From the human T2T-CHM13v2.0 reference genome, Homo sapiens, in NCBI RefSeq assembly GCF_009914755.1, contig NC_060939.1: a DNA stretch of 64,000 nt; one strand, given 5' to 3'. The notes beneath the pieces were generated by a model that had not been told where the DNA came from, made no database searches, and worked only from the letters and a program-made list of their open reading frames with translations. The position numbers and the translations under genes are program-made. Within the stretch, counting starts at the first letter, position 1, and every line of letters begins with the position of its first letter. Of this stretch, positions 15,978 to 30,214 are shown piece after piece.

Positions 15978-16277
15978 CTTTTATTTTTATTGTTTGAGAC
16001 ATGCTCTGCCTTCCAGGCTTGGAGTGCAGTGGCGTGATCACGGCTTACTGCAGCCTCGACCTCCCGAGCTTGAGAGATCCTCCTGCTTCGGGGTCCTGAG
16101 TAGCTGCGACTGCAGATGTGCACCACCACACCTGAGTAATTTTTGTATTTTTCATAGACACAGGGTCTCACTTTGTTGCCCAGGCTGGTCTCAGACTCCT
16201 GGGCTCAAGCAATCTTCCCCACCGCCTTGGCCTCCCAAAGTGCTGGGATTATAAGCATGAGCCACCACACCTGGCCT
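15978..16277 (-). mobile_element. AluJ
   Basis: Diverged antisense Alu with J-type GGGCTCAAGCAATC. Confidence 0.85.
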
Positions 16278-16279
16278 AG

Positions 16280-16722
<443 letters not shown>

Positions 16723-16797
16723 GATTATTTCATTGTTTAAAACAAATACTTTGACTTTTTAAAAACTGAAATTTGCCTGTTTTTCCCAAAAGTATAG

Positions 16798-17105
<308 letters not shown>

Positions 17106-17598
17106 AAGAATAGTTTTCAAGAAGCGGGTTAACTGTGACTAATCAAGTACAACCTAAACTGACTTGATCTCCTTGAGTAGCCTCTGGACTTTCCCCAGAG
17201 CTGTTATGAATTCTTGGGAAGCAGCTGATATATTCTCAAATAAATACCTCATTTTTATGTCAGATCATTCTGATATAATCTTATTTTAGAAACACAGCCC
17301 ATAGTTCAGTATATGACAACAATCTGTTCTTAGAATAGAAATCTGCAAAATTAAAAAAAAAAGGAGCCTCCGGAAGCCCAGAAGCATCTTTGAAAGGTGT
17401 CTCTACAATTTTAGTTTCATAGCTCTGTATAACATCCAACCATGCATGTAAACAGCTGAAAGGAAAAGCAACTTCCCTTTTATATGTATCTGTTAGCCAT
17501 TCTTCCTGGACTGTCAGGGAAGCCGATGTGGGAGGAGGGGCTGGCCTGGGATGAGTATGGGAGAAAAAGTGACTTGCATATTAATTAACGCCCATGCT

Positions 17599-17956
<358 letters not shown>

Positions 17957-18464
17957 TCATGTGCAAGTGGCTAAAATAGGCTAAAGAGAGGATCAAGTAC
18001 AGTTTCCGTGGGGAAGAACATCTAGGTAGGAAAGGTAACGCCATGCGGTCTTGAGGCTGGGAACAGACGGACGGCAAGGCTCAGGCTCCTGTGCTTGCTC
18101 CCCTGAGCTGGTTTTCACCACCAGTGGACAGACGCCTCCCTATCCCTCCAGCTGCCTCCGGCGCTTGCTGCCCAGAAGCCTCCCTGGAGCCAAGACCTGA
18201 GAGCCCAATTCTCCAGTGGCCTTTTTAATTTTAAATTTTGAATATTTCTTAGGTTTATATTTCTAAGGCTGCATTAATGATTATTAGTCGGGTGAACTTT
18301 TACAGTGGTTTTAAAGCTAAGTCTGGGTATTCTAGGAACCATCTACCCTAGCGACAGCAATCCTGTGGTCACCACCATCAGTCACACTCCTCTGGCCACC
18401 TGGTACCATAGTGATGGAATTGTGACATCAGGTGTGTGCACTTTCGCATATAGCTTAGACTCTC

Positions 18465-18681
18465 TTTTTTTTCTTTTTTCTTTTTGAGACAGGGTCTCAC
18501 TCTGTCACCCAAGCTGGAGGGCAGTGGTGTGATCTCACCTCACTGTAACCTCCACCTCCCAGGCTCAGGTGATCCTCTCACCTTAGCTTCCCAAGTAGCT
18601 GGGATACAGGTGTGTGCCACCAAGCCCAGCTAATTTTTTGTATTTTTGGTGGAGATGAGGTTTCACCACGTCAGCCAGACT
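18465..18681 (-). mobile_element. AluJ, partial
   Basis: Right arm plus part of left arm. Confidence 0.85.
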
Positions 18682-19021
18682 GGGGACCAATTTATAACAT
18701 TAGATAAATGTATTGGAAGGGCAATGGAGAATATTTCAACTGTGTTAGCTATTCTAAAATATGTTGAGTATCACCTCAAAAAAATTATCATTAGAATACA
18801 ATTAATTTTAAAATTATGAGAGCTTTTACTATATAATATTTACTGCTTTCCTCTCCACTACATCTTCAATAATTTCTCTCTTGGTGCAATTTTTTTCAAC
18901 AATTTATTCAATCATTTCTCTGTGTATGTACATTCGAGGGTTTTCATTTTTGGTGTCTAAAACTGAAGCTGTAATAACAATAAACATCCTTGTCCTTGTT
19001 CTGGTGTGTCCTTTGTTTAGT

Positions 19022-20185
19022 TTATTAAAATTTAAACAGATTAACTGAGGTAAAATTGATATACAAAGAACTGCACGTATTTAGTGTGTGTAATTTGATG
19101 AATTTGGACATACGCAAACATCTATGATACTATCCCCACAATCAAGGATAGATATATCTAGCACCTCACAAAGTTTCCTCATGTCCTTTTTGTTTTGCTT
19201 TGTTTTTTGTGGTAAAATCTACCCTCTTAACGGATTTTCAAGTACACAATACCATAGTGTTAACTACAGACACTACATTGTTCAGCAGTTCTCTAGAACT
19301 TACTCATCTTGCATATCTGAAACTTTCATACCCACTGAACAGCAATTCCCCATGTTCCCTACCCTGCAGCCCCTGGCAACCACTATTGTATTCTCTGTTC
19401 TACGAGATTGACTATATTTATAGATATCTCAAATAAATGGAGTTATGCAATATTTGTCCTGTGACTGGCTTATTTCACTTAGAATAATGTCCTCCAGGTT
19501 CATCTGTGTTGTCACAAATGGCAGGATTTCCTTCTCTTTTTAAGCCGAACAATATTCCATTGTACGTATATATCACATTTTCTTTATCCATTCCTCTGTT
19601 GATGGACAGGTGGGTTGTTTCTATATCTTGGCTATTATGAATAATGCCGCAACAAACATGGGAGTGCAAATATCTCTTCAAGATCCTGTTTTCGCTTCTT
19701 TTGGATATATACCTATAAATGAGATTGCTAGATCGTGTAATTCTATTTTTCATTTTTTGAACAGCTCCAGCTGTTTTCCATAACTGTGGCATTTTACACT
19801 CCCACCAACAGTGCACAATGCAAGGGCTCCCTTTTCTCCTCCACATGATCTCCAACACTTGTCTTTTGTGGTTTTTTTCATAACAGCTATCCTAACAGAT
19901 GTGAGCTGATATTTCATTGTAGTTTAGATTTGCATTTCCCTGATGATTAGTAATATTAAACACCTTTTCACATACCTCTTGGCCATTTTTGTATGTCTCC
20001 TTTGGAGAAATGTCTGTTCAAGTCCTTTGCCCGTTTTTAAATTGGGTTATTTGTATTTTTCCTATTGAGTTGTAGGAATTCGTTATATATTTTGGAAATT
20101 AACCGCTTATCAGATACACGGTTCACAAATATATTCTCCCCACTCTGTAGGCTGCCTTTTCACACTGCTCATTGTTTCCTTTGTT
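19022..20185 (-). mobile_element. L1MA9/L1MB-type 3' end
   Basis: TGGCTTATTTCACTTAGAATAATGTCCTCCAGGTTCATC and TTTACACTCCCACCAACAGTG; ORF 19475-19858 is frameshifted L1 ORF2 C-terminal sequence. Confidence 0.9.
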
Positions 20186-20214
20186 GATGTGTCCCTTTTG
20201 GAGACAGGCAGTCC

Positions 20215-20345
20215 ATTGTGGTAGTAAGGAGGTGAAGTTTAGAGCCCTATTACCTGAGTTTAAATTCTGCCAGTGTCACTGTTTTACCTTGATAGATACT
20301 TTATTCTTTCGCCTGGTTTCCTCATTTGCTAATCTAGGATAATAT
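20215..20345 (+). mobile_element. MIR fragment
   Basis: CCTGAGTTTAAATTCTGCC...GTTTCCTCATTTG. Confidence 0.55.
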
Positions 20346-23018
20346 TAACTGAATGTGACAGGTTCACAGCCACTAAAATTTTATCCAATTAATGTTCATC
20401 ATCTGTTACTTATCAGCAGATTCCAATTTGAACCACACATTGGATATATATTTTTCACCTCTATTCTGGAAGCTTTGTGGATACTTACCAGTAATTCCAT
20501 ATACTCACCGACAAGGAGCTTTAAAAAGTGCTTCTGGACAATAAAACTACGACAATGTTTTTGAGAGTGGTCTATTCCCTAACACTACCTATATACACCA
20601 GTCCTAAAATATTTTCTGTGCTACAGAAAGTAAAGTGTTCAAGGATGTTTATTTGCAAAGAGTCTGACAGATATAGCTAAGCTTATAAAGATATATATAT
20701 AGATATATATAGATATATATATTTTTAGTTATTGAGTTCATCATTGTTAGGGTGGTTTCAAAATTTGAAGTTTTTCTTATTTCTGTGGTATTTTACAACA
20801 TTAAACCTAGGGATGGCATCAAACACAATTTCAAATGAATGTGTTGCTGTGCTGGATACTGAGAAGTCAGACTACAAACCTCTGTCCTCACATCAACCCC
20901 AGCCAACCTTAAATTCCCCAAGTGCACCGACTAAAAAGACCAAGTGAGCCCTTCATCAGCACACTTACCCCACTAGCAAGGACCTGACAGAGTTTTCACC
21001 ATATGTTTTGTGTTTGTGCGTTTGTGTTTTGGTTTTGGTGAAGGGGAGAGGACATGTCAGTAGGCTCAAAGCTATAACTACAGAGCCGACTTTAAATATG
21101 AAATGGCTTTCATACCTTCATCTCATTGCCAGTATCAACAACCAAGGACTTCCTGGCAACACTTGGAGATTTTAGAGACATCAGTAACCTTTCTAAAAAT
21201 GATTTTGTGACTTTCATTCTAAATGGCTAGGCAAACAAATCATTCAATAGACTGCAGAAAATGGGCCACAAAATGACCAGGAGGCACATGATATCATACA
21301 CAATAAGAGAGTATGGGGACAAAATTCAGTTTGTTATGAGATTTAAGTGCAAAATTCCTAACTGACTTAGGTGCCTGGATTAAATGTGTTGGGCAAATGA
21401 AGAGCAACTGCATCTCCATGTGTCGGACCGAAAGGTCCTTGTATAATGACCCTCCCCAAACGAAGAGCCACTGGTCCAATTCAGTTTGAGGTTCCCTACA
21501 GGTTATCAATAAAGGTTTTTTAAAAACCTGCTGGATCAATCTGGTGGAGGGTGATTTACAGAGTAACTAGAAAAAGATTTGGCCCAAGATTTGGCCACCT
21601 GGCTGCTTCCCACTTTGGCCACAGCGATGGCTTCCCTGCTCTGGAATGCCTTCCAGACATTTCCCTTCGTCTTCTTGCTGCCCCTTTTGATTCTGCCACT
21701 CTTAGGACTTCTACATGAAAGGAATACAAAAACTCCTACAATACTTAAATTCTTTTAAAAAGGTTGTTTGAAAGAGCTAACCTAATTAACAGGGAAAAAA
21801 ATGCCTTTACTTGCACTTCAGGACAATTGTTTCTGCTACAGAAGAACCTTTAATAATCTTCCCAGGCTAAACTGTGGAGACCTTTGATTTTATACAACCC
21901 AAAGCCCACTGGAAATCTGTCTGCTTCCTCCAACTATTGTCAAAGAAGGTTAATTTGGAATTTAACAAAGTAAAAGATTTCTTCCAAACTCTCAGCTTGC
22001 CTTGGGACTTAAGTGACGCTGGGTCCGTTTCCTGCAGCCCTGGGACACTTGCAAGTGAGGCTCTCAGGGAGCCTTGTTGACTGCGTTGGGTGAAATGCAC
22101 AGGGAATGCAGGGAATGTGGCATGGTGTTCTGTGTTCCTTCTCACTCTGCATTGTTTATGCTTGCTCAAATAACTTATATTTGCTCCTCAGTTGGAGGTT
22201 AAATTTCTTCTGTATCATGACTGAGGCATAAAATTATAAAATAAGTAAGTATAATCTCCTACATTCCTCACAGCAACCATTTCCCTACCTCCTTCCACAC
22301 ACAAACAACTTTTCAGCAGTGAAGTGGTACGTGTCCTTTTTTTTTTCCTTTTAATCTCAGGATGATTTAGTCTATTAAGGCCATTTAATGGAATGACCAG
22401 ATGACAAAGAAGAAAAAGGATTGTTTTGAGTAAGAGTTTCCTTTTTCATTTCTGGCTTTAATTGTGAGGTTATGGCTTTCAGAAAAGAAAAGAAAAGAAA
22501 ATGCCTGTAGTGATAAAAGAGCTGTATTTCAACAAATGATTATATTTTTATAAATCTTGTAGAATTTGTGGATGTATTTTATTAATAAAATATTTACACC
22601 TCAAGTTTATAAAGGAATAGACAAAATTTACACAGGGTTTGACAGTCTTATGTATTTGGTGGTGAAATTATCACAATTTATATCCACTCGTACAATGCTA
22701 TTAATAAACAAAATGCTTGTGACAAGTATGGGAATTCTTAGAAGGTAAAAATTCCCAGGAAAACGATTTTAGGCTGAAAGCTAAACTAGGGTATCCCTAC
22801 TAAAACAAGGATACCCTAATGATTATTCTCTCCTTTAACAAAATTTGAAAGCACACCTTTTCCTCCTATATTATGCAGCATGTGGTCATAATTTGTACTT
22901 GTTGCTGTGTTGAACTCACAATAGAAAAAATAAATGAAACATCTTTTGAGTAAACTAAACAGATGTCTCATGTTATCCTTTTAAAATACAGCTGGAGAAA
23001 CCTTAGAGATCATCTTGT

Positions 23019-23203
23019 TCAACGGTTCTCAACAGATGCTCCCTGGACCATCTGTATCAGGACCATCTTGGGGGTATATTGAATGTGCAGGCTGTCAGCC
23101 CCACACCAGGCCCAGTGAATCTTAGAGGGTAGAGCCCAGACATCTACAGTGTTACCAAGCACCTTATTTCATTCTTCCATACACTAAATTTTGAGAATCT
23201 CTG
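23019..23203. mobile_element. MER5A (hAT-Charlie) within a MIR
   Basis: GGTTCTCAA...TTTGAGAATCTCTG degenerate TIRs, about 185 bp, with MIR-like flanks. Confidence 0.65.
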
Positions 23204-25209
23204 TTGTCCTATCTTTTCCATTTTCAACAAAGAAACTCTTACCCAGGTTGTCCAAGATAGAGTAGCAGAGGTAGGCAGAACTTCATCCAATAGTAAAAAT
23301 ACCACACTGCTCTTCTGTAATATAACATTTACTAAAAACTAAACTATAGAAAAGCAGAATTAATATTTCTATTAAAGTTCTGCAACGTACAGCAATATTT
23401 TAGGCCTTTCTTATCCATTCTTTTATTCCACAAACCTTCATTGAATGCCTGCACTACCTAAGGCATCGATGCTGTAGCAGTTTAAGTTTACAACTGAGCG
23501 GAGATGAGACATTACACAAAGAGGTACAGTTCAAGGAAGGCTGCCACAAACACCACAGGAGCAGGTTAACTAAAGGGATCAAAAAGTTCTAAGCAGCTAG
23601 CCCTCACCTCTGGTTCAGATGACCCAGATGACTTCACAGAGGAGGGGCTGTTCTGGCCATGGCTGAGCTAGCAACAGATATGGATGGACAAGGGATAAAC
23701 TCACCTTACTATTCTCGTTCCCTAGCAAGTGTAAACATTAAAGGCTTCTGTCATCCTGGGGCTGCAGCCTTCAAAGGAAGTTCTTTATACAAACTAAAAA
23801 TTAGAGGTGAAAGAAAACAGGATCCTCATTTTAGGTATGGAATCTCTAACCCTGCTTTTCCCTGACTCCCAGCCTCAAATACTCCTCCTTTTCGGGTTCT
23901 GTTGTAGATCTCGATCCTGTCCTCCTCCCGCAACTTATGATAGGGAATCCTAACACTCACCATTGATAATACATTATCCTTTTAGGAGGATATCCTTTGA
24001 GGGGACTGGCAATCTCCCTGGGGTCAGAAAATGAGTACGTGTCAGCTACCAGGGTCATGCAGCCACCCTGAGCCCAAGCCAGTGTTCCTACCACTGCAGA
24101 GTTCCCTGGCAAGGGAACACATGGAGATAGTATCTGGGAGAGGAAAGGGAATCCAGAGCAGACTTCTGAAGGCTGTGGGGAGGGACTGCAGGCTGCGAGG
24201 CTTTGCTCCTCGCTCCTTTTCCTCTTCCTACTCCTTTAGCAGTAAGAGCTCCCCAACCATGCTTGGGCTATGGCCATGCCATGTGGCAGTACAGTTAGCA
24301 GACAACTGCCCTGCTAAGCTTTAAAAAACAAAGACACTAAAACCTGATAAACAACCAGCTTTTCTTTGCTTCCTTGGATCAGTAAATTTTAAAAAGAAGC
24401 AGGGGAAAGAAAACAGAGAACTGACCTAGAATTGCCAACCTTTTATTTGGGCATCTAAGAACATCTGAAAAATAAGCAAAATAGAAAAGCCTCTATTTCA
24501 GTAAAGAGCAATCCTTTAAGTAGAGTAAATTCAGACTATAAAAACAAACATATGATGTTTTATCTGTTTTGTAAAAATCATTTTTCCTTGGACTAGTAAA
24601 AACTGCATCATGTCGCCCCATCTGTAGTACTTAGAAACAGCTGCAGGCTGTTTAAGTTTCTGTAAGTTTCTATAAGCATAGCTCAGAGACTCAAAAGAGA
24701 AGGGGGAAGAAGGCTTGGGACAGGAAAGGAAAGAGCAAAAGCATTAGGGTTTTTCAAGACGTACCAACAAGCATAAAGTTCCACTCGACAATTTCAGATT
24801 TTAAAACCCCTCATCATCTATAATCCAGGCTATGCCTGTTCTTTGAGCCAACAGAACCAAACTGGATGAGATGCCAATTTAAAAATACTGTGTGCTCTAA
24901 ATAAACTTAAACATCAGCAGTGTAGAAAAACCACATTATATCAAAACATATTGTTTAAGGTACTAAGAAATGTCTCTGCAAAACTTAATATGAGCTTTAA
25001 AAGCATATCATGCCACCATCACCATCAGTCATTAAATTTTTATTTTTTCATTTAAGCTTTTATTATTTAAAAAATTTTCAGATTCAGGCCAATGTTAAAA
25101 GATATGAGGCAGAAAACAAAACCTAAATATTAAAAAGGAAGATAATAAAATATGTATTTTTGGATGGTGTGTTTATAGGAATCAAATGGTAAACAATTAC
25201 ATTTAATTT

Positions 25210-25370
25210 ACAGCTGAGGGTCCCTGTAGTCACAGTTACTTGGGAGGCTGAGGCAGGAGGATTCTTTCAGCCCAGGATTTTGAGGCTGCAGTGAGCTATG
25301 ACTGTGCCTGTGACTGGCTGCTGCACTCCAGCCTGAGCCATAGAGAGAGGCCATGTCTTAAAAAAAAAAG
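25210..25370 (+). mobile_element. Alu right monomer (AluJ/FRAM-like)
   Basis: CCTGTAGTC...GAGGCTGCAGTGAGCTATG...A-tail. Confidence 0.8.
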
Positions 25371-26001
25371 TAGGTCAATACTAGATATACAAAACCAAAT
25401 TACCAGATACTACCAGTTTGAAAATATAGTAAAAAAAGATCAAAACACAAACTATAAAATAAGTAATAACATAACAATAACCATAATGAGAAATATGTAG
25501 GACCTATTTAGAGAAAATTGGAAAATTTTGTGAGAAATATAAAAAGTAAGATTTGGATAAATGCTTAGTACATGTCATGGGCTCGGTGGTAAAGACTAAA
25601 ACCTGTTAGATAAACAGTTTTTCCCCAAATAATCTGTAAGTTCAACATAAATTTTCCAAAGTTCATCTGAAAAAACAAACAGGAAAGAACAACAAAGAAA
25701 ATTTTGCAGAAGAGTCCTGCAGGGGGACTGGCCCTATCAGATGCCACAACATGTAAGCCGTGTGGCACAGACAGAAGGACAGGCAAGCAGAACAATGGAA
25801 CAGAGAAGATAACCCAGAAGAAACACCCATCCATATTCAGAAGATGCCACAAATCCATCAAATAAAATTGAGAAAAGATGGCACCCACTAGGTAACAATT
25901 CAGACCAAAAACAAGAGCCCCTCACCTGATTCTATATGGTGAAATATATTCCACATGAATTTAGAGTTTAGCAACAAAAATTTTGTTAAGGTAGAAAAAT
26001 A

Positions 26002-26067
26002 TATTGTATATATATAATATAAATATATACATATATAATATAAATATATACATATATATGTATATAT
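26002..26067. repeat. Imperfect (TA)n
   Basis: Seen directly; adjoins the Alu tail. Confidence 0.85.
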
Positions 26068-26381
<314 letters not shown>

Positions 26382-29300
26382 TAGGAAAAAAAATGACTTT
26401 CTAAGCTAAAAAATAATAGAAGAATCTAAAAAGAACAGAGTAACATATTTTATCATCTACAAATCTTAAACTTCTATTTTTATTTTTTAAATACACTTAA
26501 ATGCAAACACCAAATTGGAAAAAGTATTTGTAGCAAAGGTCATCATCAAAAGACTAATCGCTTTCCAATAAACAGTGCTATAACATTTGTATAAGATTTT
26601 TGGTAGCCCAGTAAGCTAAGACAAGCTTTGGGGAAGGCAATTTGGCAATACATGTAACTGGAGCCTTAAATATATTTGTATCTGTGACCCAGTAATTCCA
26701 CTTCTGGGAATCTAGCCTAAGGAAACAATCCACATATAATAAATATTCTCTGTGTACAAAGATGCTCTTCACAGGGAAAAAAACTGAAACGATCTAAAAG
26801 TATATTAAAGAACAGTTAAGTAAATGATTTAAAAATTTTAAATGGTACTTAGAGTGTATAATAGTATTTCAAAGTGTTTATAATAAAATGTTAAAGAAAA
26901 AATCAAGATACTAAATTGCATATTCAATAAAAATACAATTTTATTTTTTAAATATAGATTTATATATGAAAGTATTAAAATATTTATTTAAACACTATTA
27001 TATCCATTTTATATGTGTATGTACATATATATGTGCATATGTCATATGTTTACACATATGTAGAAATATATTAGGTATAACAGAAATATATGCAATAGGA
27101 ATATACACACACACATATATACACGCACACACAAATCACCTGCTTAATGCCTTTAATCTATTCAAAAAAGAAGGCATTGAGGCTAAGACATCAATGTATT
27201 ATTACCATTTGTTTCAAAGTGTAATATAATTAATTCTCAGATCATCCTAAAGTTCCAATTTTTTCCAACCAAAATAAAGTCATAAAAGAAACACTTGGTT
27301 AATGAATTAAACGTATATTAAAGAGTCCTTCTCATATTTAAAGCTATGAGGCATTTAAATACAAATAAAATCATTTAGTTTCCTAAAATGGTGAGCAACA
27401 CAAAAACATTCTGGATAAAAGTTCTTTATTGTTTCTACTTCCAGCAGCGTACATCCTGAACCTACATTCTCTCCCTAGATAAGGAGTGGCTCTGGCTCAG
27501 TGTCCCCAGAGTTCCAGCAGCTCTCATGCATTTTCACCCCTGCTATTAGAATGACCCCAGTGTGTAGCCGCACACACTGACTGCAGCACAGAGGAATGCG
27601 GGATGGCATCAGCAGTGCTAAAGAGTGGGGCTAAAAGCCCAGCGAGAATCACAGGAGAATGCAGAACTGTGTTCTGAGGCAGCAGGGATGGACTGGATCT
27701 AATCTAGTGCTATAAGTGCAAAATGCCCAGGAAATGTGCTCTGTGGATAGCCAAGGACTCCTGCTCCCCAAGACAGAGACGCAAATCTGCTCCCTTAGTT
27801 GGGTAAACAACTCTGGGAAGATAAATAAGTGAGCAGGCCTCCAAGTAAATCAACCCACAGCATGTGTGCATAACGTTTTAGTGTTAAATACAAAATAATC
27901 TTTGACTGATTGTCATTTCAAGTGTTTATAATATTCCAGGGGTCCTGTCATAATGTTCTTATCATCTGTAAGCTGAAAGACATATCAGAAATTTATTAAG
28001 TTTGTAAATAAAACTGCTATGTTTGAGATCACTTGATTAGTGCAAAGTTTAATCTATTTTGTATGAAATACTTTTTTTCTCTGTTAAGATGGTAAGTTTG
28101 CTTCTCAGACATTTTAAATACTTAAAATATATGAAACCTACAAATGTAGTTTTAAATGTCTGAGGGAAATCTAATTAGCTAAAATTAATCAACAATCAGT
28201 CTTATTTTATGCAAAAATAATTAGATTCATTAATAGAATAACAAGTCTTATAAATTGAAAAGGAAAAGAAAAACTAGCTTTAAAAAAGTCTAACTTCAGT
28301 AAACTGAATGCTACTTTTGAACACCAGTAACTACAACAGTTCTTTTGGACATTACAAACTAGCATTAACTCACCCCAACCTCTCCAGCAGCCAGGCTGCA
28401 GAGATGTAAGCTAGGCTCCACGGAGCAGGCACACCCATGGGAAACTTTGATATGAATGTCATGGCAGTCCCTAGCCTCTCCTCAGTCCTCTCCCACTTTT
28501 AGCTGGCACTGAGTAATCCATTCCTTCCTCCAGAAGAGACCCAGTGCTGTGAGACATTATTCAGTCAAAGTGGTTTTACAAAAGTCATTTAGTAAATGGC
28601 TTACTAAACTACTTAGTAAACGACTAAGTCTTTGGTAAACGACTTCACTAAACTGCTAACCACAGGAAAATGGTTAGTAGAATTAATATCTTTCCCACAT
28701 ACCACATAGCAAAACAATTTTAATTTCTTCCATTATTTGTGTCCTTTCCTCTGCTCAAAAGTTGCCTTTCCCGCCAGCTTCACTGTCTCTCTTTTCTCCT
28801 CTTCCACCCCTCTCTTCAGATTCAGATCTGGCTGTCAATGGCATGCCCCGATCAGCAAAACAAAAGTTCCACCATGGGCCAGAGAGTGGCCATCCACCCC
28901 GACCTTGCGTCCACCTCGCCAAATGTGAAAGCCCAACGAAACTGGGAGGGGACGGGGTGGGATCCCGCTGCCAAGGAAATGAGATTTTTCTCCTGTCATT
29001 TAAAATGAACTGATTGTTATACATAATTTGAAGCGAAATAAGAGATAACAGGAAACAGGCCACCTGAAGGAAACAGAAGCAGAGCCACTTCACTATTTTG
29101 CTTAACTCTTCATGCCACCAGTAAGGATCTTTAAACTGGAAAAGGCTGGAGCCCAGGAAGAGCATTTCAACAACTTCAAGGCGCAGTGAATTACTCCCAC
29201 TGCAATGAAAAGCAATTACATATGTTTCTGTGCAGCCATTGTTGGTGTAGTTTCCTAAGGGAAAAAATGGACAGCTGTCAGGAAATGGAAGCCAGAGGAA

Positions 29301-30214
29301 TGTTTCTCGGTTTTCTGAAAAGAGCAAAGAGTAATGTTCTGGTAAATATGGCCTGGAATCCTAATGAAATCCTAGGACAGACTGTTAGATGAATGTTCGG
29401 TTGTGAAAGGAATAGAGTCCGCTCAATAAAAAATATGTTGAAAAATGATTAGGCTATCCTCTAGTCCTTCACAGAGGACTTGGTGAGACAGTACATCTCT
29501 ATCAAACTGCTAATGGGGGAAAGGTAATCTTATTTCACTACATCTACATCTACTGTTAAAAAAAAAAAAAATAGAATCATCAGAAAATCAATGCCAGAGA
29601 GTGAAAGCTATAAATAAGAGACTCTGCCAGCGAGATGTCTACTTGTTCCAGTGCAGCCCGGTGAAGCCTGCATAGAGAGCTTGCATCAGTGCATGCTCTC
29701 TAAAAAGGTATGAGGGAGGCAAGGGCACTGGCACCAGGCCAAGCTCTACTTCCCTGCCAGGTACCTTGGTGCAGGGCCCACATTCTCCTAGAGCAGCATC
29801 TTTTCCAAAGATACTTTTTGTGGCCCTATGAACAACTGAATGAAGTCAGGAGCTGGAAGCTCAAATCCCCCTTCTTCCATGCAATACTCTGAAACCCTCC
29901 CTGGGCTGCAGTCCCTTATGAATGGATGTGAGGTGGCCTTCCAGATTGACGGTGAGGACTAAATGTCAACAGGTAGTAGGAGCATCAAATGCAGTGCCTG
30001 GTGCCATCATAGGAAAATCCCCAAGGGGAACAGAGCTCTGAAGTCCTCCTACTCTCCAATTCTGAGATTCTGTGACCAGAGTTTGAAATCGGAAACTTGA
30101 CTCAGATCCTTTTTGGTCATCTTTTCTTTGCAGTAAAAATGTAAAATGTGAACTGAAAAAAGGGGATTCCCTGAATGGTAGTTTGTCTTTCTATTCTTCC
30201 CATCTTGTAGAGTT

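Noticed and set aside
21400-21460. Hammerhead ribozyme around the GAAA hairpin
   Set aside because: No CUGANGA or GAAA-NUH core in the required positions
23699-23960. Further minus-strand donors (AAG|GTGAGT near 23705 and ATG|GTGAGT near 23959)
   Set aside because: Partner acceptors are weak, and such sites are common in long introns
28755-29327. Longest ORF (190 aa, minus strand)
   Set aside because: Non-ATG start, no recognisable domain, and residue composition typical of random non-coding frames
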